The notes beneath the pieces were generated by a model. The model had not been told where the DNA came from, searched no databases, and worked only from the letters and a program-made list of their open reading frames with translations. Position numbers and translations under genes: made by a program. Shown piece by piece: positions 39,095-51,857 of a DNA stretch of 63,738 nucleotides (position 1 is the first letter of the stretch; the number at the start of each line of letters is the position of its first letter). Source of the stretch: Octopus bimaculoides (taxonomy: Eukaryota); assembly GCF_001194135.2 (NCBI RefSeq), contig NC_068981.1, forward strand, positions 99,729,104-99,792,841. The letters are read 5' to 3'.

Positions 39095-39715
39095 TCCTTT
39101 CTGCTATAGGCACAAGGCCTGAAATTTTGGGGAAGCAGGGTAGGCTGATTACATTGACTCCAGTGCTCAACTGGTACATATTACTTCATCCCTGAAAAGA
39201 TAAAATGCAAAGTTGACCTTGGTGAAATTTGAACCCAGAATGTAAAGATAAATAAAATGTTGCTAAGCATTTTGTCTGGCTTGCTAATGATTCTGCCAGC
39301 TCACTACCTTAATAATAAATAATAATAATACCCTACAATCTAGGTGCATAGCAAAAATCAGCTTTACTTGGAACTGCAGGCATATTGCATAAAGTATTGT
39401 CTGTCTGAAGTCGTTATGACTTAACAGACAGTACAAATCCCCACTACACATAATATCTTCAACCCACATCATGATATTGGATACTGTGCAACATATTCAA
39501 TAAAAATAATAATAATCTTTTCTACTATAGGCACAAGGCCTGAAATTTAGGGGAGGGCTAAGTCGATTATATCAACTGGTACTTAATATATCAACCCTGA
39601 AAGGATGAAAGGTAAAGTCAACCTCAGCGGAATTTGAACTCAGAACGTAGCAATGGGCGAAATACCGCTAAGTATTTTGTCCAGCATGCTAACAATTCTG
39701 CTAGCTCACCACCTT
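39095..39715 (-). mobile_element. Two SINE family A copies (about 39095-39310 and 39515-39715)
   Basis: Both have an (aat)n/ctataggcacaaggcctgaaattt tail, the central domain and the tRNA head. Confidence 0.85.
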
Positions 39716-39716
39716 C

Positions 39717-39747
<31 letters not shown>

Positions 39748-40641
39748 ACAACACTCTGTCACTGACACACCTCTTCCCCACAACCCATTTTCCTAATATC
39801 TCTTCCATTCCCACCACCTAAGCTCACCTCTAGCTGTATTCTCACCCCCTCTATCTCCCACTTTCCCTTCACACCTTTGCAAACCTACCTACACACAATT
39901 TATCACTGCTGAATCCCTTCCCCCAACAACATATCTTCCTAACACCCTCTCCCTCTGTTTGTGTCTATTTACTCCATTCCCTCCCTTTTGCTGTCCACTC
40001 TCCTTTCCAAATCTCGCAAACTTACCCACTTACCCACTTACTCACCCTATCCAATCCAAACCTGTACCACTTCATTTATATATACTTCCCTGTAACTTGA
40101 ATATACTCCACCTTTGTCATCTCTTTACCTCCCTCATCTCTTCCTTCTCTTTCCCTCCTCTCCCTCCTACTGAAGTAGCCAAGTATCTCCTTTACTGCAA
40201 GACACCCATTTCTGTCCCTCCATTCATACTCTAAAATTTCATCTCCTGACACAAAGCCACCTTCCTCAATACTACCCACCAATCAGTTGAGGGACCTTAC
40301 CTTATAAGTTATTTACTGACCTCACTATTATGGTGACACATAAAAAAGCATTTAGTACACTCTGTAAAATGGAAGGGCATCCAGCCATAGAAACCAAACC
40401 AAAGCAGTAGAGTTTGATGCAATTTTCTGACTTGCCAGCTCCTGTTAAACTAGCATGGAAAATGGACATTAAATTATGAATATGATGATATATAAAACAG
40501 TAGAGCTTGGTACAACTTTCTGGTTCACCAGCTCCTGTTGAACATACAAGCATGGAAGACGAAAATGGGTGTTAAATGGTTATCATGTATATGTGTGTAT
40601 GTATGCATGCCAGTATGGAAAACATGTTAAATAATAATGAT

Positions 40642-40709
<68 letters not shown>

Positions 40710-43059
40710 CAGGCACACACACAAATACATGTAAAACAATATATTATATTAGCTAAAGAGAAAAGTATATTATTTCTATGAAAATAAACAATATGGATAG
40801 AAATAGAAAAAAAATAGGTGAATCATTCAAACAATGTAGACTAATTTAATAAGAATAAATTTCAGAAATACAGAAAAGTGTGCTAATAGAACTGAATTGA
40901 AAGAAAAACTAAATAAAACACACCCATCCCCTTTTCTCTGCCTTCATGAATGAGACATTTACTTTCTTCTGTTAAAATTTTGAATATTTAAATACATAAG
41001 CATTTAAAATGGTAGTGTGTTTTTTTCTAATTAATACTTTTATTTAATGATAAGTAAAAACGTAATTATGTTTAATGACAATAATAACAATGACAGTGAT
41101 GATGATGTTGATAACTCAAAACACAAACAGAAATGTATTTTGGATTTTGGTGCTTGCATCTAAACACCCAAGAGACAATAAGATGGATAAACTTATTGCA
41201 TTATAGAAATTAATTATTGAATTAAAGAAACAGTTTACCAATAGCCCGGGGAAAATTCTAGATCAGATCCCAAGTCTTACATTTCAGTGAACCGCTGATT
41301 TCTGTCTATTAATCTACTTTGGTAATTTCAGAGCGGAGATTGATATCCGACGTCTTCCATGGATGATGTCAGAATGAAATGGGCAACAGTGACAAATGAA
41401 ATTAAATGAAAATGAAATTTCCAAGGAAGACATTCACTTATAACAAAAGCAGACTTTTAGTTAGTTGATAAATGATAATAGAAGTGCAGGATGCTTTCAT
41501 GAACCGAGGGGCTTTTGAAACTGCTGTTTGATTCTGGGCCCAGTAACACTAAGTGGTGGACGGATGGAATCATAGCAAGTTTCACAAAGTGCTTGGAGGA
41601 AAATGACCTTACTATCATAACCAAATGATTATTCACTATAGAAGGTTTTCCTTTTAAGACAAATTACATTTCCAATAAATCTGGTACGTATTTCTCACAA
41701 CCAGGTGAATGAGTAAAGGTAGTGGTGGCTGTAGTTGTAATACCAATGACAATGCAACTGTGTCATTACTGAAGGCCTGGGTACTATACAGTAACTTAAG
41801 AGATAAATACATTGCAGGAGGCAAGTCACAAGACTTGAAATCAACAGAGCAAACTAAAGGAATATATGTTAATGTTCTAGTACTGCTGTTGCTATGACTT
41901 AATTCTAAGTTCTCAAATAAATTTTTGTAAGCATGGGTTCATTGGGTGTACACGTAAATTTGTTGGTCTTACATATGATTTTGAAAAGCAGAAAATACAT
42001 CTGATAACCCAAAGAAGAAATATTCCCCAAATAGCAATTAATAGTATTTGAGCAACTAACAAGATAGAGAAAACAAAAACATGCTGAATGAAACAAACTA
42101 ATACAGCATATGAAACCAGCCCATGATACAAATATCACAGACAATGAGCTAATAAAAACAACATAAGAAAAAGAATCCAAAGACCAATGAATAGAATGAA
42201 GAGGCATAAACAAAAGAAGAATCCCACACTGATATATGTAAAATAATAGTTACACCAAGTAACAGAAGCTCTTGCTTGATGATTGCTATGGCATGAAACT
42301 CAACTCATAAATATTTATACTGACATTTACAAATAAGTGAATAAGAACATCTAAATAAAGAAATTTGAATATTTATATATGTAAACATTTTTAGACTTTC
42401 TACTGTTAAATCTATGAAGAGAATATAGCATTTATACTTCAGTTATATTTGACTGATATAAACAATAATATGCCCTATTTAGAAGTATAACACAAGGACT
42501 ACATCTAAATTTAAACTTATACCCTAGTAGCCCAAAGCTATAGTGGAAGACATTTGCTTAATGTACCACACAATGGAGTTAAAGTTGTGTCTATATGGTT
42601 AGGAAGCAAACTTTTTAAACACACAGCCACACACATGTATATAGTTTGTTCTTTTTACCTTTAGTTTTCCACACTAGCATGTGTTAGATGACTATTACAG
42701 AGACAGTGTTTTGCAGGCATTTTCAAGTTAGTAATTATAATATTAGATGAGTAACATAACTATAATACCACTAATGGATGCAGGCAGGCCAGGAGGTTAG
42801 ATATTCACTTCACACTCCTAAGGTCTTGGGCTCAATTCCTCAGCATAATATAGTACAAGTGCCTCTTAGCATAGCTTTAGACTAATCCATTTGTTGTGAG
42901 TGAAAATATAGGCCACTTGTAATTCAAAGGGCACAAGTGTGTTTATAGAAGAGTACACATGTGTCTATGGAATATTCAACCACTTATTTATATGTATGTA
43001 TGTATTTGTGTGCATGCGTGTGTGCATGTGTATGTATATGTATATCCTTTTGACCCTTT

Positions 43060-43700
43060 GACAAGAGGATTATCACCTACTTAGCAAGAATCTTTCCTGC
43101 CATTTTGCAAAAACAATAGTTCTGCAAGCAGTACACCTGCAGAGGAAGCCCAACCTTTGCTGCCTTTGCAACCAGTACTACACTACAATGCACACACTAG
43201 TCAAATTTCTTCCACTTCTATTTTCTTGAGATCCACTACCATGCATACATACATGTCAGGTGCAAACATACTGGTGACCTATACACTTCTGTCATCTACC
43301 GGTGGGCTCTTGCCTTGCAGAAATTTGGAGAGAGCAATGTTGTCATCCTTGATATCAGCAAAGATTTCAATTTCTATTCAAAACTGCTCTCAGAAGGGCT
43401 CCACTTATCTCTAATCCCTCGGAGCCATAGATCCCAATCATGCTGCATTATTGCTGCAGTGTGTTGACAGTGCTTTTTCTGTTTCTACTCTATCAAATAA
43501 AGCATGCCTCAGGGTTTTGTTTTGTTCTTGACTCTCTTCCTCCTATACATCAATTACTTACTTGCTGCCACATCCTACAACACTTACCCTTATATATAGA
43601 TGACACAACCTTTCATTCTTCCCTAACTTCCCCAACCACAAATCATGCACTTTCAAAAGAGATACCACATGCCAAACTCACACAGATTCCATGAAAAGAG
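43060..43700 (+). pseudogene. Decayed CR1-like LINE reverse transcriptase
   Basis: ESNVVILDISKDF (LDISKAFD), a degenerate GVPQGSVL (gcatgcctcagggttttgttttg) and LYIDDTTFHSS (YADDTT), in colinear order. Confidence 0.75.
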
Positions 43701-44774
43701 ACCTCAGTAAACATATTTACCAATGTAAATATTCAAATTTCAGTTTCAATATGTAAGATATACATATATACTTACTTGTATATGTAATTCTATACTTTAA
43801 TACTTATTTAAATTGAATTCATATATAAATGTATGTATCTATACTCAAGTGTGCAAATATTTACATATGTAAATATTCAAATTCCAATATTTAAATATAT
43901 TATATACTTATTTCCATATGTAAATACTTAAATAATTCTTTAAACTGAACACATACACACACACACAGACACTGGCCTGAAAACTAGTGCTGCTATGTTG
44001 TTTCCCTTAATATTTCATATAGCAGTGCTTCAACAAATAGAGATGATGAAATAGGTACCAGTCAAAAATAATTACTGGGGTTGAAATAATCAATTAACTC
44101 CTTGAACGTCATGCTCCAATATGGATACAGTCCAATAACTTGAAACAGTAAGAGAATAAAGAACACTGAAAGTAGCTGGCAGTCCAGTCTTAATTACTAA
44201 ATTTATGAGGCCCCTTGCACACCTGTCAATAATAGATGAACACTAATTTCATATTCCATTATAATTTGATAACTAACATCAAAATTAAATTACAACTATA
44301 ACATACTGTCAAAGAGCTAATGAAAGAGCTTCTATGAAGTTACTCAAACAACTAGAAATGGTAGTGAAATCTATCTAAAATTAGACATTATTATTTTAAA
44401 ATGAAGATGGAGACTTTAGGCACTTTAAAGAAAGAAGGATACTTCAGAACATGTTGTACTTGATATACAAAAGAGATGGGATAGTCATGGCTAGACTGTC
44501 TTTATTTATAAATCTGATCAAAGTTGACCAAAGGCCAAACAACAAAAACAATAACATAGGTAATAGAAAACAAAACAACTTAGTATCCTTATAACCAGTC
44601 TCTCAACTGTGTAATTGTCTAATCACATCTGGTAAGAAAATAAGCAACAAGTATTACAATACAACATGTGATAACAGCATAACTTCACTGTTACAATATG
44701 GACAATTTTACATAACTTTTAATTAAATTGATACACACACATGCTCACACACCATCATCCTCATCATAATTACA

Positions 44775-45006
44775 CAGCTGTGTAAATGAGAAACAGCTTT
44801 CCTTTCAAATATAACATATTAAAAACATTACTATATTCAAGTTTTATCCTTTTTTATTAAGATTTTTTCATGAAGGACTAATAAGGAAATATGAAAAATC
44901 CTTAAGAAAAGATCAAATTTGAACATAGTTATGTTTTTAATGTAACATGACTTTAGACATGTGTTGAACTAAAGATTGATCTAAATCCACAAAACAATTA
45001 GTGGCA
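44775..45006 (+). repeat. About 235-bp direct duplication, second copy at 46049-46289
   Basis: Both read cag(c/t)tgtgtaaatgagaaacagctttcctttcaaatataa...gattgatcta(a/c)atccacaaaac...gtggca, with scattered substitutions and small indels. Confidence 0.9.
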
Positions 45007-47750
45007 GTCTTAAAGTCAGCCAGTGAAGTTGAATTCTTTGGAATCTTTTTTAACTTGTGTCATATATCTATTGTTCAAATTTCTCTGAAATTGGAAATAT
45101 ATGAATGTTCACTGTGTTTGTTTAAGAGAGCAAATCTAGAAGAAACTAAAGGATGTATGATCATAATAAGCAGTCAACTACCCTACCCTAGTCGTTATCA
45201 CTCTTCAATGTAGGATTCCCCACCATACAGGTAACCAGCACAGCTGTTGGATGCATTACAGATCTATAGCAATTAGAAGGGTATGACTAAACTCAAATAA
45301 ACATTAACAACTGTGTGATGTGAGGGCTAAGGGGAAATGAAAGTGTCACCTCTGGAATTTGCCAATGATCACTATGCCAATAGGTAACTGAACAGAATAA
45401 ATTTGCAATCTACGAATCTCTTTGAATGACCAATCACTTATCTGGAAAGACCTTGAAATCAATGTTACCATCTGGGGACTATCTCTGATCCAATGATAAT
45501 AAAAAGACTCAAAGGAGGTCTGCAACAAATAACTTTACTCAAAATAACACTTTGCGACTGAATCAGTGGAGGCAAAGATACCTCTCCTATACTTGACAAT
45601 TTATGCACCACATTACAGAAATCGCAATCTAAGTGTATCTCAGAGCAAACTCTTACACTGTTGTACTGTTGAATTACAAATAACGCTCATCTTGTATCCT
45701 CGGGTGACTCTACAGCTTCCAAGACTACAAATTTTATTCGTCTTGGCTTAGGAAAAATGACTAAATTGTGAGGGGTTAAGCCCCCATTAAGGGGTCTTTT
45801 TAACTCCTAAGAAGTTGAAATTTTAGGAATATTACTTCATTTGTGTCTAATATCTATGGTTAAAATTTCATCAACAGCAAAAACATGAATTTTCATGCGT
45901 GCACACAAACAGATAGACACATATACATGATATATAGATGCATTTAAATACACACACACACACACATATATATATCTAAGTTTTGGTCTTTCTGTCTACA
46001 AATTTACTCACATAGTTTACAACATTAACTATGCCTGTGATTTACATACAGTTGTGTAAATGAGAAACAGCTTTCCTTTCAAATATAATATTTTAAAAAC
46101 ATTACTATATTCAAGTTTTATCCTTTTTTATTAGGAATTTTTCATGAAAGACTAATAAGGAAATATGAAAAATCTTTAAGAAAAAGGATCAAATTTGAAC
46201 ATAGTTATGTTTTTAATGTAACACACATGACTTTAGACATATGTTGAACTAGAGATTGATCTACATCCACAAAACTAAGTAAAGTGGCACAGAATCAATT
46301 TGTTGAGAAATACATTTAACTCCCACAATATATGTTGAATGCTATTTTCTTTCCTTTCTATACCTTCATGCACATATGATCCATGAATGCATGGAAAATT
46401 AGATGTTAAAATGATGATGATGACATATTACAAACTTCAGCCCAATTTACATCAACTCAATTTCACTCACAAAGCTTTGGTTGATCTGGGGTTAGCCATG
46501 GTAAAAGACACCCGAAGTCATGATGAAGGATGAAATGTCATTGAGTGGGATCAAAACCAGAACTGCATACTAGCAAACTGCATTTGTTAATGAGCCATGC
46601 CAGCACTCACAAAGAGAAACATGCATGCTGGAGGGGACATGAACTGCAAATCTATCACATATCTATCACTTACCGAGTGACTGTATTATTGATTATATAA
46701 CGGAATGCTTACATGTGTAAAAAGAAAACAAATATGACTGTTTAAGATTAATTAATAACTTGCTAATGGTATAGCCAGCTGTAGAACCATGCAATATATT
46801 CTGTTCTTCAATACATAAATTTATAGGTGTGAAAATCCAGATATTTCAATAAAGTATGGGAGGAAATGCTTTCGGTTGGATACCTTTCTCCACATCAATC
46901 GTTCAACCTTGAAATAGCAATTACTTTTCATCGAGCTAGACTGAGACAAATATAACAATGTTATAGAGATGGGGGTGGTGTTAGTGTTGATACAGGTAGT
47001 CGTATCAGTATTACTGTTGGTGGTGGATGAAGTAATAGAATTAGTAGTAGAAGCAGCATTGGTGATTATTTGAATGATAGAGGTTCTGGTAGCAGCAACA
47101 GTATCAGTAATAGCAAAAACAGTGGAATATCGGCTTTTTAGTAATGAGGGTGGCATTGTAGTGGTGGAGGTGAGTGTGGTATAGCATGATAATATAGAGT
47201 ATGGCATGATCAATGTTGGAAAAATCATCCACTAAGTTAGGGGGGGAAAAAAAAATGAGATCCAAACTTTTTTGAACATGCTACTTTTTTTTGTGATTAA
47301 TGGAGATTGGAATTGGCAAATCAATAGGGAGATATTGATGGTGAGGAAAACGCAATCATGTACTTACATACCCACAGATACATGCACTTATACACCTGAA
47401 TCAATAACAATAAAACGGTTAATTACTTTAATTCAAAACAATAACTAATTCAATGACGATAACAACAACAACAACAATAATAATAATAATAATAATAACG
47501 ATGACGATGATTTCTTTATAAACAATAATATTAATGATTGATCAAANNNNNNNNNNNNNNNNNNNNNNNNNNNNNNNNNNNNNNNNNNNNNNNNNNNNNN
47601 NNNNNNNNNNNNNNNNNNNNNNNNNNNNNNNNNNNNNNNNNNNNNNNNNNNNNNNNNNNNNNNNNNNNNNNNNNNNNNNNNNNNNNNNNNNNNNNNNNNN
47701 NNNNNNNNNNNNNNNNNNNNNNNNNNNNNNNNNNNNNNNNNNNNNNNNNN

Positions 47751-47801
<51 letters not shown>

Positions 47802-48295
47802 CATTTGGAAAGAGTGAGCAATTGGTGAGGGATAATGTAGTTTTTAGATAGTAAAGAAAATTCAGCTTATGAGATGATATTTTTGGCTATGTGAAAAGTT
47901 TGCGATCATTAATGAAATGTTACTAGCGATTATAAAACTTAGCATTTTAAAGAAGTGCAATGCTTTGAATAATATATTGTTCATGAATAGAAGGAATATG
48001 ATAAATTGGTTTTAAAGAAGTGATACTTATTATCAGCAACTACCCAAAAATATCAGCAAAAGTACTATTTTCTTTTAAGGTAAAATGGAAGAGCAATAAT
48101 TATCTAAAATGCTATTTAGAACCAAGGACTGCTTTGACAAAAATATACAAAATAGCAGTTATATGCCAATGACAATGTTTCAAGTAGCATACAAAATTTT
48201 CCTAAAAATACAAGTGCGAATATATACATATATATATACATGTATTCCCATATACCTATATACACATGTATGTGTTTGTGTATATATACATGTGT

Positions 48296-48386
<91 letters not shown>

Positions 48387-48459
48387 CATGCGTGTGTGAG
48401 CAGGCGCATGTGTGTATGTATGCATGTATATATGTAGGTATGTGTGTGTGTATGTATAC

Positions 48460-48490
<31 letters not shown>

Positions 48491-49213
48491 GGTTAAGCCC
48501 AAGTTGAAATTTTAGGAATATTACTTCACTTGTGTCTAATATCTATGGTTAAAATTTCATCAACAGCAAAAATATATGAATTTTCATGGGGGTTATGGTC
48601 TCATTTATGCCTCACTCACTTCCAAACATATATTGCATTACATCCGCTCTTACACATAGAATATAATTTCCAAATTTCATAAAGATCCATTCAGTACTTT
48701 TGATCTTGTTTTGGATCATAAAAATGACTAAAATTAGGGGATCTTAGAATCCTCATGAGAAGTGGAAACTTTGGGAATATTTCTTGGTTTGTGTCAATTA
48801 CCTATGGTTGTAATTTCATTAACATCAGAAATTACTACATTATGCTAGCCCTTATGCATTGAATCTAAGTTCCAAATATCATAAGGATCTATTCAGTAAT
48901 TTTGGTCTATTAAAAATGACTAAAATTTTGGGGTTAAACCTTAGAATCATCCAAAGAAATGGAAATTTTGGATATATTTTACAATTTATTTCTAATACCT
49001 ATGGTTCAAATTTCCCAAAAACCCAAAGCATATGAATTTTCACAGGGGGTCTTCCCCCCTTTCTGCCCCCTCCCAAATTGTATGAAACATATGGCTTTAC
49101 CCTTCTCCCTAGGCTTGGATTTTGAGTTCCAAATTTCATTAGGATTTGTCCACTAGTTTTTGAGTCTATAAGTGACACACAAACACACAGATATTGACTT
49201 TTATATAATAGAT
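48491..49213 (-). mobile_element. Non-autonomous Helitron-like element (5' end at 49212) with about 200-bp internal repeats; related units at 45007-45110 and 45750-45900
   Basis: The minus strand begins A/TCTATTATATAAAAGTCAATATCTGTGTGTTTGTG...AAATTTGG, like Helitron/DINE-type 5' ends. The unit aagttgaaattttaggaat...ctatggttaaaatttc recurs. No 3' CTAG found. Confidence 0.6.
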
Positions 49214-49224
49214 ACACACACATT

Positions 49225-49715
49225 ATACTCACGACCTCTCTCTTCTCTTTCCACGTGATCGGTGTTCAGCCGAGCGTGACCTTTCTTTCTTGGTTCAACT
49301 ACCATACAAGTAGCATCTTTCGTATTTCTTCCCATAACTTTTATCTATGTTCCTGCCGAAAGGCTCACTTCCTCACATGCCAGCTTAATTTAATTTGTCC
49401 CTAGTTGAAAGACACCTGTTGTTTATCTTTGTAATTGTGTATCATTTCTCCATCTTTTTTCTTTTCATCCTTGTTTTCATATATATTCGCTTGCTTTCTT
49501 CCAAAGAATCTAGTGCTCTTAGCTTAGAATTCCTTCGGGCCCGCCAGATTAGAGTAGTCTCGAGATTAACCGTCCGAAACTGCAAAGACGATCTGCTTCT
49601 CGACTGAAGACTGAAAGCTCCGAATGACCCGTCTTTGTTCATTCCTGTCCTTTTTTGTATCACCTACTGTACGAATGTTTTCTTGTCACCTGTTATGTCA
49701 TAGTTCCATTTTCTG
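49225..49715 (-). mobile_element. Unclassified dispersed repeat (possibly a Penelope-like terminal repeat); inverted homologue at about 61100-61600
   Basis: Shared segments ctaagctaagagcactagattc(t/c)ttggaagaaagca, ctttgcagtttcgg and g(c/g)c(t/c)gaacaccg(a/g)tcacgtg. Confidence 0.6.
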
Positions 49716-49788
49716 TTTTGATTTTTGATATATATATATATGCATGTTTATATATAATATATACACATACATACATATACATATGCAT

Positions 49789-50021
49789 ACTCTTTACTCT
49801 TTTACTTGTTTCAGTCATTTGACTGCAGCCATGCTGGAGCACTGCCTTTAGTCAAGCAAATCAACCCCAGGACTTATTCTTTGGAAGCCTAGTACTTATT
49901 CTAGTACTTATTCTAGTACTTATTCTATCGGTCTCTTTTGCTGAACTGCTAAGTTACGGAGACATAAACACACCAGCATCGGTTGTCAAGCGATGTTGGG
50001 GGAACAAACACAGACACACAA

Positions 50022-50082
<61 letters not shown>

Positions 50083-50140
50083 NNNNNNNNNNNNNNNNNN
50101 NNNNNNNNNNNNNNNNNNNNNNNNNNNNNNNNNNNNNNNN

Positions 50141-50205
<65 letters not shown>

Positions 50206-50368
50206 TATGACGGGCTTCTTTCAGTTTTCCATCCACCAAATCCACTCACAAGGCTTTGGTCGGCCCGAGACTATAGTAGAAGACACTTGCCCAAGGTGCC
50301 ACGCAGTGGGAATGAACCCAGAAACATGTGGTTGGTAAGCAAGCTACTTACCACACAGCCACTCCTGC
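49789..50368 (-). mobile_element. Full-length SINE family B (N gap in the internal microsatellite)
   Basis: All modules present. The 12-bp unit ctagtacttatt is triplicated at 49889-49924. Confidence 0.9.
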
Positions 50369-50414
50369 ACCTACTGCATGTATATATATATAGATATATA
50401 TATATAATATATAT

Positions 50415-51776
50415 CGTTTTTTTGTGTGCTGGTGTTTTTGGATTATTGCTTTGTGATGCTTTATAGTGGTTTTTGTGTTTCTCATTTTAAACTAGAAATA
50501 GCGATGGCTAATGAAAAAATGTTCTATTCGGATCTTAGCAGATTGGAATTGTCCACTTCAGAGGAGGAATTAGTAAAGGCAACAAACAGAATGGACAGAT
50601 GTCTTGGAAAAAAGAGCTTTACTGAGGTAAAAAGGAAAGAAATAGACTTGTCTAAAATGGAAGAACATTAAAAAATGGCATATAGAGTAGGTGCTAATGT
50701 GAAGTTGTCGCCACCACAGAAAGTTATGGAGGACATGGCGAAGAGCATCATTGTGTATAAAATTTATTCAGTGGAAGAGAAAAAGGTAGAAGAAGTAGAA
50801 GCCAAAACAATTGAGAAGGCATTGTGCACAGTATCTAAGGATATTGTGATTTTGGCAAGAGGAAGCAAATATGGGACAGTGTTGGTCCAGTTCAAGACAG
50901 AGGAAGTAGCAAGCAAGCAGGCTGTAAACATGGTGAAATCGAATAAAGTGGTCCTTCTACCCATGTATCTTGATAGGAGGACATCCAAGATCAGGGTAGA
51001 GGGAATCCTGCCAGACATAGATGTAGCTTGGGTTGCGGTGTCTGTCCTCCTTGGAAGTGAGGAGGAAGTGGCCATCCTCCAAGCCATGGAAACTGAGGAG
51101 GTGATGTGGAAAGGAAAAACATTAGAACTTATTGTTCAAGCTGAAGTAGAATCCTTGGAAGATTTGGCGGAGACGGTGACTGTAGGAGACGTAATCTTGA
51201 GAGTGTGGGTGGAGGGCAGAGTCCCTCGCTGTTTTAAATGTGGCCAAAACAGCCACATTAGAGTACACTGCCCTCTGCAGTCTGGAAAAAATGGATAAGG
51301 AGTCAGAGAAGAAACAAGGGGAGGTACAGATGGAAGAAAAGAAAAAAGAAGAATTATGGACAGTGACAGAGGGAAGAAGGAAAAAGAGGAAGAAAGAACA
51401 TGCATGTGTGTTAACAGGGGATGTAGAGGGGTATACAAATGTAGTGGGTTGGCACACGTGTGTGCTGGTGTCTCAGAGCCAGAAGGATGTGATTGCAAAA
51501 TATAAAAAAGGTTATAAGTATTGGAACACCGATGCAAACCTGAAAAGAATACAGGTAAAAGTAGGATATGAGGAACTGAAAGAAAAATTTGGATTGGACG
51601 TTTTGAAGGATTTGGGATTCAGAAGGAAGTAAGTGTTGCTGCTTGAAGTGCTTGAGATGTTTCATTTCCATGCAGCATTCATGTTACCATATTTTAAATT
51701 TTATTTTCTTCTTATGTGTCTCCATGTTTTTGTGTTGTCCCCTCTATGTCGGTCCCTTGTGGGTGATTAAAAATTC
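50415..51776 (+). mobile_element. ORF1(gag)-only non-LTR retroelement (HAL1/'half-LINE'-like)
   Basis: Short 5' UTR, ORF1-like frame, about 140-bp 3' UTR ending in cccttgtggg..attaaaaatt. No endonuclease or RT sequence before the flanking microsatellite. Confidence 0.7.
50504..51632 (+). pseudogene. Gag/ORF1-like nucleic-acid-binding protein with a CCHC zinc knuckle (about 375 aa; one in-frame stop at 50669-50671, one frameshift at about 51290)
   Basis: ORFs 50426-50671 and 50675-51298 are in the same frame. Motif LRVWVEGRVPRCFKCGQNSHIRVHCP is CX2CX4HX4C. Removing one A from ggaaaaaatgg continues into the basic WTVTEGRRKKRKK region and ...GFRRK*. Confidence 0.85.
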
Positions 51777-51857
51777 CACACACATATATGTAAATACATG
51801 TATGTATGTATGTATGTATGTATGTATGTATGTATGTATGTATATATATGTGTGAAT

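Noticed and set aside
45110-45750. Possible coding remnant inside the Helitron-related region
   Set aside because: No Rep (HUH) or helicase motif was recognisable in the frames I read, and the ORFs are short.
46821-47228. 135-aa Thr/Ser-rich ORF (mucin-like)
   Set aside because: It is a decayed (GTA/GTG/GCA)n trinucleotide tract with no splice or domain support.
47445-48502. Many ORFs of HT/YI/CV/LS repeats and ORFs spanning N gaps (also 28399-28946, 49949-50466, 52099-53015, 56922-57711, 61530-62464)
   Set aside because: They are translations of (CA)n, (TA)n or (GA)n microsatellites, or are held open only by Ns.
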